From Pocillopora damicornis (Eukaryota): 64,000 bases of DNA. Below, one piece after another: positions 25,666 through 38,097 of this stretch. Below the pieces are notes generated by a model. That model was not told the origin of the DNA. It searched no databases and worked only from the letters and a program-made list of their open reading frames with translations. Every line of letters starts with the position of its first letter. The first letter of the stretch is position 1. A program made the position numbers and the translations under genes. Location of the stretch: the NCBI RefSeq assembly GCF_003704095.1, contig NW_020844201.1, positions 124,001 to 188,000 of the forward strand, in the 5' to 3' direction.

Positions 25666-28600
25666 TATTATTATTATTATTATTATTATTTCTAAGGATG
25701 ATTTAAAATGCTGTATCTGCACTTGGGGATAAAACCTTTTGAAAGAAATTGCTCTCATGCAATATGAAAGTTAAAAAACATCCCCCCTGTCTTGTCAATG
25801 TTCCTGTATCTTTGTTTTAAAAAGCATTTAGTCACTGATGTACAGAAGTACTATAAGATGTGGCCAATACGGATACATACAGCTGCATATCCAAATGATG
25901 TCAAACTTTGCAAGAAACTTATGTCCAGATTTCAAAAATACCCCGTTCCTCAGAACTTTTGGCAAATCTGGAACACAATTAAGTCAATTTGACAGTAATC
26001 CCCCTTAGGTTTGTAATTATACTTATTCTTCGATGACATGTTTCACTTACTATTTATTTTAGGTTTACAGAACCTATAGAATATATTCCAAGATCTAAGG
26101 GTTTAGGGCTGGGGGCTGAAAGAAGAGTCATGGATGACATGATACTTGGGAAGAAGCGGAAACCAGGAGACTCAATCACAGAAAAGGTATGGTTCTACTT
26201 ATATACTATGTTTAGATAGAATTTCAGCCTCTTTGGCTTCTCTAATACACATTTAGTGCTCTGAAAGTCCTTCCAACTTTTTGCTTATAATTTTCTCGTG
26301 GTCTTTCTTCACTGAATCTGTCATACTAACTGTCGTAAACAGTTCAGGAAACAATCAGAGGAGAAATTATAATCTAGGCATAGAATTCTTTTATGAAATT
26401 TATATGATGTTGTGCTTAAATAGAGTTCTGGTGCTATTAAAGAAAAGGATGGTCGTGTCAGACACTTTAAAGGAGTAGGAGAGGCACTCCCTCAGGAATC
26501 ATCTTTAGGTAATTATTTTGAAAGAGATGAAACTTGCATGTAATCAGTGCATATTCACAAATTAATGGCCTGCTGGCCACTACTAGCACAACCAAATCCA
26601 GATTGAGTTTTGAACAATGGTGATTGGAATCATGATTAGAGTAGTTGTATTGTGTTCACAGAAATTGACACCAATGCTCAAAGTGACTTTTACCTCCCAA
26701 AATCACAGTGGTACATGCAAAAAATGAAGAAGAGTAGCAATGATTGTTGCCACTTGAAGCTATCAAAATAAGAATATTAAGCTTTTGTAGTGTAGGCCAT
26801 CTGGCTGGTTTAAAAGACGTCACCTTTGACTGTTAAGCAGCCATCACAATGTTTCTCCTTACTTTAATATTTCATTAAATTTCCATTAAATTTTCATGAA
26901 TATTTTTCTAAAGCTGACTTCTGTAACATATCAGGTAATATATTATATCAGGTAATATATTACAAGCTAGCCATGGTTTTTGGGTTCTAATGTGTGGAGT
27001 TTGACAGTTTATATTTTCTGATCTTAGATTACAGACCTGGTGTAGGAGTTATAATAGAGAAAGGTCCTCATCAAGATATGTGTGGAAAGGTGAATAAAAT
27101 GTCCTATTCACTGCAACATCATCACATCTTGATAAAACTGACCAATAGTCTTTTTAATCAGAATTGAAGTATTTTACTGACATAAAACTCTTGACTTGTC
27201 TCTGATAATGAAGATTTCTTACAGATATATGCACAGGTTGTTATAAGGTGCTGGAGTGTCACCAAAAACTGACATTTTTAGGATGACACTCTCCTAAAAA
27301 ATTTTATTGAAGGAACAGTTTCTTCATGTACAGTGTACACTGTTTGACTAGAGATCAGCATGCTTTTTTTTTTCGGTTTTGTAGATTGTGGCTGTAGATG
27401 TTGATACCTCAAGAATTACAATCCAATTTCATTTAAGTGAAGAGGTTAGTCTTTGTCTTATGTTTCATAATCTTCTCCAGTGGTTTACCTTTACACTCCC
27501 AACATCAGATTTACATTCAAGTCACTTTCAGCAGCTTAAAATTTTCTTTTTTTTCGGTAAAAGTGAACAATAGCTCCCATGTTCAGCTGTTGGTAACCTG
27601 TCAGCCAACTGTCGGCCGACATGATACTGCCACATTATCGACAGCCGGCCAATAGTGTTAACCAGACGGTATGCACCAATTTTGTATTTACCTTCTTCCT
27701 AACTTGTATTTTTACAAAAATAGGCCTGTTTGGTCTATAGCAAAAAGGAAGTTTTTCAATTGCCCCATAATGCATTGCAAAACCATAGTTAACAATACTT
27801 CATGTAGGTCTGATTAATCTTTCTTTTCTTGTGACAGGTCACAATCATCACCCTTTTTGGCGTATTGTGACAATTAAAATATTAAAGTATACCTTTTTTT
27901 GGCATTTTATTAGACTTCATTCAGGAGTGTTTGCCTTTCTTTTAAAACCATCTGCATGCTTCAAGCACATTCCTGCCAGGATGCTAGCAAGCCGCGATCA
28001 GCCAAGAACGCGAAAATGCTTTGAAAACTCTGGATAAGAGCAAGTAACTGAAAATGATTCATGAAATTGAACCAATATGGGCATGTTTCACTAGCCAATG
28101 CAAGCAAGTTAGGCAATAGCCATACTCACTATCTCTCTGCGGTTAATTTTTCCCGTTTCGACATTGAAGTGATAAATAAGTAACTGTTTGTGATCATTTC
28201 AGCACACAACTTACCGACACATTACCAACAGGTCACCGACAGGTTACCAACAGATGGCCAACTGTTGGCTGATGGTTGGCTGATGCTTTAGTCTGCAACA
28301 TTATGAAAACTGTCGGCCGACTATCAGCCAATGGTTGACCAACAGTTGGCTGATGGTTGGCCAACAGTCAGTAGACAGATGGCCAACAGTTGGCCGACAG
28401 TCAGCTGACAGATGGCCAACAGTTGGCTGACTGTTGGTCGACAGACAGCTGACAGTATCTTTTGGGAACTGTTCTTCGCTTTTACCCTTTTTTCAAGAAA
28501 ATTTGGTACACATTAATAAGTTATAGTCAAATAATAATGCTTGTTCATTTGCATAATCTATTTGCTGGATTGGATAATGTAATGATTTTAAAAGGAGAAC

Positions 28601-31600
28601 TTACTTGTTAATCACATCTGAGGGTGAAGTGAGGTAGAATATGAGAGAAACTCATAAGATGAGTTGTGGGATCTCCCACCATATAGGATGATGTAGCTAC
28701 CTTTAAAAATGTGAAATACTTTTTTCTTTCAGAATATCACATTACACCAGTGTAATGCTAGACTATTAGATGATATTGAATATAGGGCCCTATCAAGACA
28801 AGGTGAGAATTTTGATAGCACTACTTGCTGGAGCTAGATTAAAAAATGTTGGTCACTTTTCATTCATCAGCTCTAACTACATCAGCAACATTGCTTCTTT
28901 TCAGTGTTATTTGGGTATTAAGGGCTATTTTTTTTACAAAGAAAAGCAGTGTAGAGAGTGGTTTCAATGTCATGATTCACTTTTAAGACAGACATTTAGG
29001 TTCAGTTCCTACTTTGTCCTTCTTAAAGAGTGCTGACTGAGCATGCATGTATCATAAGCAAGCCAGTAAATCAATGAAGACAGTAGTTCGTTTGTTTGTC
29101 TCTTTTAACATGCTGTGGCTAGAAATCCAACAAACTGAAGGCAAATTAGACCTTGCATTTAAGACCATGAAAGACCTACATGTGTAATTTATATGGAGAT
29201 CTCTTAGAGCAATACACAAACTAACAGGCAACACTATTTTAATTGAGTAACTGATAAAAACTGCCTGCCCTCTGTTTCTCAATTGAAATGTGGGCAAACT
29301 AAATTCTTTCCCTATGTGTGTTATTCTTATTCAGAATATCTGAAAGAATTCTCAAATGAAATAATACTAGTTAAGTAATACTAACCATCAGGTATTTTTT
29401 ATAATCATTTGTTTATGTGACTTAAGTCTTTATGTTCCTATTAGACAAACTAAAACAAAATGGACACAAAATAAGAAGTAACAAGAGAACAAGAAATGAT
29501 GAACAGGAAAGGTTAGAACATCCTAATAATTGTTTATTGTCTTGTATTCAGTTCTCCCTTAACTTGTAAGATATAACCCTTAAATAGCTTAGAAAGTGAT
29601 TTTAGGTAATATAACCTCTTCAGATGTACATAACAATCAGAAGTGGCTACAATCAGAAACAAACCATGAGATGCTCCATTCAGCCTTCACCACCATAACT
29701 CACACCTCAACCTTCCGCAAGGCAGACTGATTTCAAACATCCCCCAATAATTGAGAAGTGCCGCCTCCTTATCCTCTCCTGCCTAATATAATGCAAATGA
29801 TTATACAAGCATACCAGCCATCAATGAGGAGAGGCTTCCCCCTCTCGGTAACACCACCCCCTCCTCCTACATCTGGAGTTATCAGTAGTTATTGAGATCA
29901 TATATTAGAGCAACTTAAAGAAGAACAGATATTGTATTATGAGACAGAGATTGAGGTTAAGCATTTAGACTGAAATGTATTTTTCCTTGGTTAACTGCAG
30001 TCAAAAGTGCAAAGATAGCAAATATTCCAAGAAGAGCAAAGAAGGTAAAAGTAATTCCAGTTCACAAAAGGGAAGCAACACTCAAACCAAATGTTGGCTG
30101 TATCCACAAATAAAAGTGAGGATCATCAGCAAGAATTACAAGAAGGGCAAATATTACAACAAAAAGGTTTATTGTCTTTCTTTAACCATAGAATTTTTTA
30201 ATGTCCAAACTAGTAGTAAAGTTGCTTTTTTAAAAACCAATCAGGAATAATAAATAGATACTGTTACCCATTCCACCTACTGTGTGATATTTTTGTCCAT
30301 CATCACACATGTTGCCTGGCAAGCAAGTGATTACCTCTTTGTACAGTCTCCTGCATGTAGATTCTTCAACATTCAGATGAGAAGTAACAGAGTGGGGACC
30401 ATTTAGAATATGGAAGTACTGTGAAACTAATTGAATTTTATGTTTTGGTGGAAATAAATAATTGTAATCTTATGCAAAGTTTTGCTTTTATTCTGTAGGT
30501 AAAAGTTGTTGATGTAGTCAGTAGGGACAAATGTGTTTGCCAGACAGAGGAGGGAAGACTTATTGAAGGTACATGTGCAGACTGAGTCAGAATTTACAAA
30601 GGTGGTCTAAAAAGTTGTCACTGTGGACCCTCATACTAAACATAACATTGATAAAATTAGAGGCTGTCCAGCAAAGAGCCACCCAAGGGATTACTAAGTC
30701 TGATGATGATTATGATACTAGATTATCTAAGTTAAAATTATTGTCATTATCTAATAAGAAGCTCATGAGAGATGTTACCTTTTTGTTCAATATACCGGTA
30801 ATTAATCTTCATTATGATAAAGATATTTCAAACAAGCTCCTACTTTGTAGGACAGGAATATAAATTACATCTTGAGAAAAAGTGACTTTGCTCTAAATTA
30901 AAAAAATCAAGACTGAATTATTAATAAATGGAATAGTTTTACCCAATCATGTTAGAGAATCAAATAGTGTCACAGCCTTAAAAAGGAATTTTTTTTTTTA
31001 GGATAATTAGAACTTTTATTTTTTATATTTGTATATACTTTTCTTACACTTTGATTAGTGGGACATCCCTAGCATGGTGCATCAGCACTTTAAGTTGTCT
31101 CCTTCTCCACAATGTTTCTTTACTGTCGTGATGAATTCAGTTTATTGTCCATTATTTTGTAATCTACAGGAGTGAATCCATAATAATTAACTTATGTTTA
31201 TGTTTGTTTGTTCAGATGTACCACAATCAGCATTGGAGACAGTTGTGCCTAAGACTCTTGATTCTCATGTCCGAGTTGTTGGAGGTGATTCCAAGGGACA
31301 GGTTAGTTCCTAACCCAATCCAACCCTATGTTAACTAAAGTAAACAAAAAAATTACTTCTTTTTGAGTCTTTCAAGCCTTAAAAAAGCCTTCATGTGTCA
31401 TTATTGGACAGAAGCAAATGATATCATGAGTTTATTGTATGCAGGACATGAGAGTGATTATGCCTTTGGTTGTCAGTGATTATATGGTGTTGTATATAGG
31501 TTTTAGGTTTGGTGAGGTTTAGCTCTGTTAAGTAGCGCATTGATGTTAGTGTTGCCACAAACATGACGTATACACCAACTCTTATCACCCAGTCATCAAA

Positions 31601-33649
31601 GTGTCTGTAACAGTGAAAGTAGTTGACTTTACTTTATGTTAATTTAGTGGGGCTGAAGTTTGGTGTCCATTGTCTGTATAGCAGGGGTAGATGTTCCAGA
31701 GGTGTGGTGCAGCGGTAACCGGTCAAGTCGCCCGAGAGTCATCTCGCCTGAAGTCATGTCGCCCGAAACCTGAGTCATGTTGCCCGAAATTTTAGTCATG
31801 TTGCCCGAAAAAAAAAGTCAAGTCGCCCGAAGAAACAAATACTAAAAAGATCAGAATTTCAGACTGTAAATAGGCAATAACGTTGAGAAATTTTTTATCA
31901 CTAAAGCGCTCTTTGTTGCCGACAATACCATGAAGATTCTTAAAGCGCTGTTCGTTCCTAAGAACAATGGGAAACGTTGTTTGTTTCCAACAACAACATG
32001 AAGCGTTGTTCGTTTGGTATGTACTCGTTTCTTACTCACAGACATTTCGTAAGCTTGTAAAACTCTTTCTTATTTCTTAAAATGCAATGAAGACTTTGAC
32101 TACACAGAAATCGATTGTATGGTCAGAATTGAAATATGTTTGAGTAACGACTCTTAAAGTGTTGTTCGTTTCTAACAACAGAGGGTAGCGTTGTTCGTTT
32201 CTATAACAACAAATGCATGGATGCGGCGTAACATACAAGTAAAGTTCTGTTGTGTCTATTTGTGACTTTCCTAACGATAACAGATGAAAACACCTGGTAA
32301 ACGCGTTCGACAAGTCGGTAAAAGGTAAAGCGAGTAACATACAAATGAAATTAACTTGTTGCCTTGCGTAAGGTAAGTGTGATATTTTTAAGATAACTGG
32401 CTATTGTTTATGCTCGTGACTTTTTTCGCAGCAGTAGTCTGATAGCATCATTTCCCTTAGGATCATAATAGGAAAAAAATTATGCAGTTGTGCTCTGTTT
32501 CCTCTGGCGGTCGCATGTATATTTGATCCGATCAAAGTCTATGTGAAAGGGGTAGAGCTAGCTACAATACGAATACAAACTGATCAAAATGAGCATTCAT
32601 CCTTGCATTGAGTGTGATGATGAAGTTAGAGCACGTCAAGGTTAGAGCGATGATTACGGTCGCTCATATGGCCTTTCTGACCATATGATCGATTTCTGTG
32701 TAGTCAAAGTNNNNNNNNNNNNNNNNNNNNNNNNNNNNNNNNNNNNNNNNNNNNNNNNNNNNNNNNNNNNNNNNNNNNNNNNNNNNNNNNNNNNNNNNNN
32801 NNNNNNNNNNNNNNNNNNNNNNNNNNNNNNNNNNNNNNNNNNNNNNNNNNNNNNNNNNNNNNNNNNNNNNNNNNNNNNNNNNNNNNNNNNNNNNNNNNNN
32901 NNNNNNNNNNNNNNNNNNNNNNNNNNNNNNNNNNNNNNNNNNNNNNNNNNNNNNNNNNNNNNNNNNNNNNNNNNNNNNNNNNNNNNNNNNNNNNNNNNNN
33001 NNNNNNNNNNNNNNNNNNNNNNNNNNNNNNNNNNNNNNNNNNNNNNNNNNNNNNNNNNNNNNNNNNNNNNNNNNNNNNNNNNNNNNNNNNNNNNNNNNNN
33101 NNNNNNNNNNNNNNNNNNNNNNNNNNNNNNNNNNNNNNNNNNNNNNNNNNNNNNNNNNNNNNNNNNNNNNNNNNNNNNNNNNNNNGTAAACCGGTTCAGC
33201 TTGTCATACCAATGTGTTTTTAATTCCTTATGGGGATGAATGCTTAGTTTGGTCATATGACTTCTAACTTTTAACTCTTGAACTTTGCAGTTTCCTCATT
33301 TCCACTATCCTCTGTCTAACTTAATTCATAGGTATGAATTGTTTGTTCCCTGATTGGTTTAAGTTAGCATTTATGCCATCATCAGATCAAAGTCCGTAGG
33401 TTACTAAATTCTAGAAATCTCTCCAGCATCTATTTGGTGCATTATTAAAAGTACATGTTGTAAGAAATGGCACATTTATAATTGTTGTCAATTTTGCGTA
33501 CTGCGTTGTTCTTCATTCAGCTTGCATTGTTACTGGAGCGGAATACAACAAAGTACAGCGCTGTCATTCAACTTTTGATGGACAAGTCAATTATTACAGC
33601 GGATTACGATGACATTTGTGAACATGTTGGTGATAGTAATGAGTTTTGA
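22450..33649 (+). CDS. GPKOW: G-patch domain and KOW motifs-containing protein (Spp2/MOS2 family splicing factor)
   Basis: About 14 exons: 22450-22607, 22768-22895, ~24117-24250, ~25444-25549 (DYEDMPVSSFGAAMLRGMGWNKGEAIG, G-patch), ~26063-26186 (PRSKGLGLGA), ~26424-26508, ~27028-27089 (VIIEKGPHQDMCGK, KOW), ~27385-27444, ~28732-28802, ~29444-29511, ~30001-30166 (WLYPQIKVRIISKNYKKGKYYNKK), ~30499-30568, ~31216-31301, 33521-33649 (ADYDDICEHVGDSNEF*). Confidence 0.93.
22896..23615. mobile_element. Non-autonomous DNA element with TTAA-flanked right end (Kolobok/piggyBac-like), left end apparently truncated
   Basis: Right end ...CTCCTGACACTCCC|TTAA; GTGAAACAA at 22896 is the inverse of 23583-23591. 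Confidence 0.35.
25632..25690. repeat. Inverted microsatellite (TAA)n-(TTA)n
   Basis: AAT tract immediately followed by ATT tract, forming a palindrome centred near 25664. Confidence 0.9.
27556..28486. mobile_element. MITE with TIRs and subterminal tandem repeats
   Basis: Left GGTAAAAGTGAACAATAGCTCCCA vs right TGGGAACTGTTCTTCGCTTTTACC; flanks C(T)8C and C(T)6C are TSD-like; repeated GTTGGCCAACA/CCGACAG units at 28200-28455. Confidence 0.75.
30610..31000 (+). mobile_element. CR1-like LINE 3' fragment
   Basis: LEAVQQRATQGITKSDDDYDTRLSKLKLLSL matches the CR1 ORF2 C-terminal 'LExVQRRAT...Y..RL..L.L.SL' motif. Confidence 0.75.
31714..33192. mobile_element. Non-autonomous DNA transposon with long TIRs (partly in gap) and 8-bp TSD-like flanks
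   Basis: Flanks GGTGCAGC (31706-31713) and GGTTCAGC (33193-33200); subterminal GTCATGT[CT]GCCCGAA repeats; 32093-32127 is inverted at 32676-32710. Confidence 0.7.
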
Positions 33650-35411
33650 TGTTGAAGGAATGTCAGAGACAGCCTGCTCGGCAGAGCATTTGTTTATTTT
33701 ACTGTCAGCAGGCGTCAATCCTGTTGAGCTGGCCTGTCTTGCAGGTTTGCGAGAGCTACAACCAGAAGATCCCAGAAGACATGATTTTCACAAATTCCCA
33801 CTGGCCCACTGTATGCACGAATGCAAATGAGAACATGGAGCGAGAGCAGTACTTTTGACACGACACAACAGTTTATCAAGTAGGTGCCTTCACTGGCGTG
33901 GTTTGCCTGCACCATCACGTGTCTGTGATATACATCGCCATGATGGCTGTTAAGCCAAGGATGGTAGTGCAGTGAGGAATATTGAATGATAACGACAGAA
34001 GTTAAAATGAAAATTATGAGCAAAACCGTTGGAGAAGATCAAGTGATATAATATGACGTTTTAGTCCAAAAAAGTTTACTTGGGTGCAGCTATTCCAAAG
34101 AATGACTTCGTGAGACTGAGCTTTTATGACTACTGTCTTATATAGGAGGCAAAGCCACAGATGTCGTAGAGATGAGTGAATGAGTGAGTGTAACGATAGA
34201 TTCCGATCTTGACCAAATATTTTAACCTGATGTTTTGCGGTGCTACTCATTGTTTGTTCCGGAGAATCTATGCAAAACTTACTGTTACTGTTTTCTGCGT
34301 AGGGTGTTTTCTTTTTAGTGTTCTCTGGTTGGACTTTATGAACAAACAAATATTTCCCTTCTTCCGTAACAAGCAAGGAAACGCGCTCTCATCTTGAATT
34401 AAATTTTAAACAAAAACTTATCGTAAGGTTTGAGAAATTGGGGAGTATCACTTGGGTGATATCTTCGGATATCTCCCAGTTTTAGCAAATATTTGTTAAC
34501 ATGATGCGTTTAAACCGGTTGTGTACAAGAAAAATATTTGATGGATCCTTATCGAGGAGGTTATTCCAAGTGATATTCCCTAATTTTCAAGCTCCACGTC
34601 CATTTGAGCATTTTTTGTATTTTTAAAAAGAAGGACATGTTTTTTGTATTCATCGTATTAGACAAGAATGAAAAGTGAACATCCCTTGCAGTGAATGATT
34701 AGCTGTTGGTAAATTTTGTTCCCCGTAATTTGCAATAATATTTGAAGGAAATATGCTCGTTGTTTCGCACTTTATGGACAAGATTACTCATGTTTGCGGA
34801 AAACCTTTGAAACTTCAGGAGTTGGCTGCATACTCACCACCTATTCTCATGCAAAAGTACCACTTGAAACCTGATAGATTCATTTTCTGCTAGGCGCGTC
34901 TTATGGTCGTGAAAGTAGAATTATTCTTTCATGTGATTTTTCAGTTTCGCTGCAGTCACTAGCTTGAAAAGTGAAGCAAGTGCTTTGGCAGATCGAAATT
35001 TCTCTACTAAACAAACTCTATCACTTGAAAAATATAACGAAACCTCTTCAAATGGATATTCAACTGTTCGTTTGTTGTTCGGAGTTGAGTAGTGACTCGG
35101 ACTCTGAAAAATTCGAGCACTCAACAGCTAACTTCTTTGAAACTTCCAATTTCTTAGTTTTAAAGTTAACATTGAAATAGCCCCCTTATCAATCATAAGA
35201 CATTTAGTTTAACCTATCACTCGTTTCGGAAATGAAAAAAATTTGGTTTTTTAACATTCTGTAGGTGTCAGGTACCTTTTTTTCTTTATCATCAGTTTAT
35301 TCCGTTCCGTAAATTTTCCCTCTGAACGTTTTTAAAAGAAAGCGTAAATATCGATAATCTCCGCTGAAAAAATGTTATTCCACATGATGAAAATTAAACT
35401 TTAAAAAAATG

Positions 35412-35570
35412 TATTTCCCATTTTCAAATTCCCATTTTATTTTCCCATTCATCATTCCTTATCTTCCATTTCCTATTTCCCATTCATCATTCCTTATCGT
35501 CCATTTCCTATTTCACATTCATCATTCCTTATCGTCCATTTCCTATTTCCCATTCCCTATTCCTGTTCTT
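35412..35570. repeat. Pyrimidine-rich minisatellite (TTCCCATT/CATCATTCCTTATC units)
   Basis: Repeated ~34-bp units CCATTCATCATTCCTTATCGTCCATTTCCTATTT. Confidence 0.85.
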
Positions 35571-38097
35571 TGCAACATCCTGCGAGATACGATATGAGTT
35601 ATTCAATAGATTGATGGAACGGTGGAACGAAGGAATGACGGAATATATTAAGAAGCTGAATGAATGAATGAATGAATGTTCTAAAACGCAGAATGTCGTT
35701 TTGTTTGAAACAAAATCTTCAAAAAATGGAATTGCAATAAAAGAAGAAAATTATTTATGATTTACAGGAGAAATTAAAAGAAGCATACAATTAGGTGATC
35801 TTTGTTGGAGCCCAGAGGTAGGGGCACCATTAGGTTTCCAAGCTAGCCCCTTTGAATTATTATTATCATTATTATTATTATACAACTATTGTTATCATCA
35901 TCATTAGTGCTTATATTGTTATTTGTTGCCATTTAATTATTGGTTGAATGTCAATTGGTTTATTCTTGAATCAACTTCCTCATAGGAACAGGGTACTCAC
36001 AACTATGAAGGATGCGCAAGGTTTTCTGTTGCACGAGACAAATATTCTGCAACACCACCTTTTAGCGTCATTATACAACCTCTTGTTCTTTACAATGCTC
36101 TAAAAATTGTGCTATATCAGTAGCCATCTGTAGTCTTTGACTGTCTATTTTATTAAGTTGTGAACTTTTAATGAATGACGTTATATGTAAACTGTATAGC
36201 ATAGCCTAGAGTGTCGAAGTAGTTTTCAAAAGATAGCTTATTCTGCACATAAAAAGTGTAAAGTATACAGAATCTGAGACCAAAACAATTAGTGACGAAT
36301 TGCCATTTTAAAATGGCTCAGTTTTGCTAGGTTAAGTTGTATCGCTTATAGAGCGTGGAATGTGTGTCCTCGTGATGAGAGCTTATTCCCCATTCACGCC
36401 AGTTAAACATGTTCAGTCAAACCATGTTTTATAGGGTTTCTAGTCACTGACATGTATTTTAGTGAGCTAAATTTGAAGTCGACAGACGTTGAATTAAGCA
36501 TTGGGGTATTACTAAGCAAAGTATACTTTACTTTCTTTATGATAGACCTGCCCCAAAACGTGCATGCCAAAATCAAAACGTCACAACTGTCAATCTTTAA
36601 TCTGAGTGTTTATTTACAACTAAAATGTGGACCCTATAAGATGAGCATACAGGCAGGGTCAGTTAAGAAAAAGAGACAAAGGCAGGTTTCCTATTGGTCA
36701 GAATAGAAGTTTGTGGCTTCTGTTTTTATTTCATTAAATTTAGGAAATGCAAGTATGGTGACTGAAATCCGAAGTTTAGTAATTGAAAACTGTCATTTGG
36801 TAACTCTTGAAAAGGGATTATTTCATAACTCCAATGAACTAATATGAAGAAAAGAAGAAAAGTGGTTTTCCCTCCTTTGCTCTTTGAAAATAAACCTTGG
36901 AAGACCTCACAGACTATAATGAAAGGTATGTGACGGAATACTGGTATGGAAAAAAAAGGGCTTCAAAGTCGAAAAGGGACAATGAAAACGATACCTGTTG
37001 GATCTCGAACGATGAGAAATATAGATGGTTAAATGCTAGGCGAGAAAGTAAGAGTTCGGGAACGTATTCTCTGTGGAGAAAGTGGATAGCTTTAGTCTGC
37101 GTAAATTGCACAAGAAACTGGTACAAATTACCTTGGAGCATTGTGGTCGTTTGTACGCAGCATGCCATATTGGTCAGTCAATTGCTTGCAGCAGACAGAA
37201 AGAATATGATCGTGGAAAATCTAGGCAGTAATCCGAATACTGAGTACATTAAACAGAGATTATTACAACCGACCGAATAAATGCATTCTTTTAAAGTTAC
37301 ATGGCTTGCGAGCAGGCCCTCATCATAAGGATGCGCGTTCCCCACCCTACTGATGTGTTTGAAACAAGTCGAGGAGAGTTTTGCTGGGGATCTGGCACTA
37401 ATAATGATTCGGAAGCAAGAGCTCTAGGCGACCTCCTCGAGATGTTAATTGGGGTTGCATTATTATAAAAATTTAGAGTTTAACCGACCTTACATCAGCA
37501 TGGCTCCAAGGAGCCTACGATTTGTTGCAGATATCGGAAAACGACAATTACCGATGTAGTTGTCGGGTTTTGCTTGGAGAGAAATAAGACAAAACTCATT
37601 AAAATGTCATAAAGTAAAGTTTAGGGCGACCCTCCTGTCTCCTTCCCAAAAGTCTGTCATTCTCACTTTTAGAGGTACTGATTTCAATCTTAACGGGCAG
37701 CTTTTAGGAAATATCTATTTTAATCATTTTAGTCAATCAGCAGATAGAAGTTCCCATAACTGCTAACAAAAAACAACAACAACAAAAGCAACAACAACAA
37801 TAAATGCGAATAATGGTAGACCTGAAGATAAACCAAATAGTATCCTAGATCTTGCGAAGGAAAGGAACCAACTCACATCAAACAGTGATTAATTTTAAGT
37901 AATTTTCACGTCATTGTCTAATATTTGCATATCGCGTTTCTAGAAGTGAAAATTTCAATTTGTAACTATCAATTCGATTATCTTCCAGTAAAAGAAAGAA
38001 GTCCGTATTGCTCCGTCCGCGTTAGGGTTCATGCCGTGGCACGATTGACCCTTAGATATTTAATCAGTCACTTTTCCTCGTCTTCGAGCAGACGACG

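Noticed and set aside
32654-33256. Long ORFs crossing N runs (also 39054-39524 and 53989-54732)
   Set aside because: Artefacts of assembly gaps translated as X.
36897-37280. 127-aa ORF
   Set aside because: Non-ATG start, no recognisable domain and no supporting exons.
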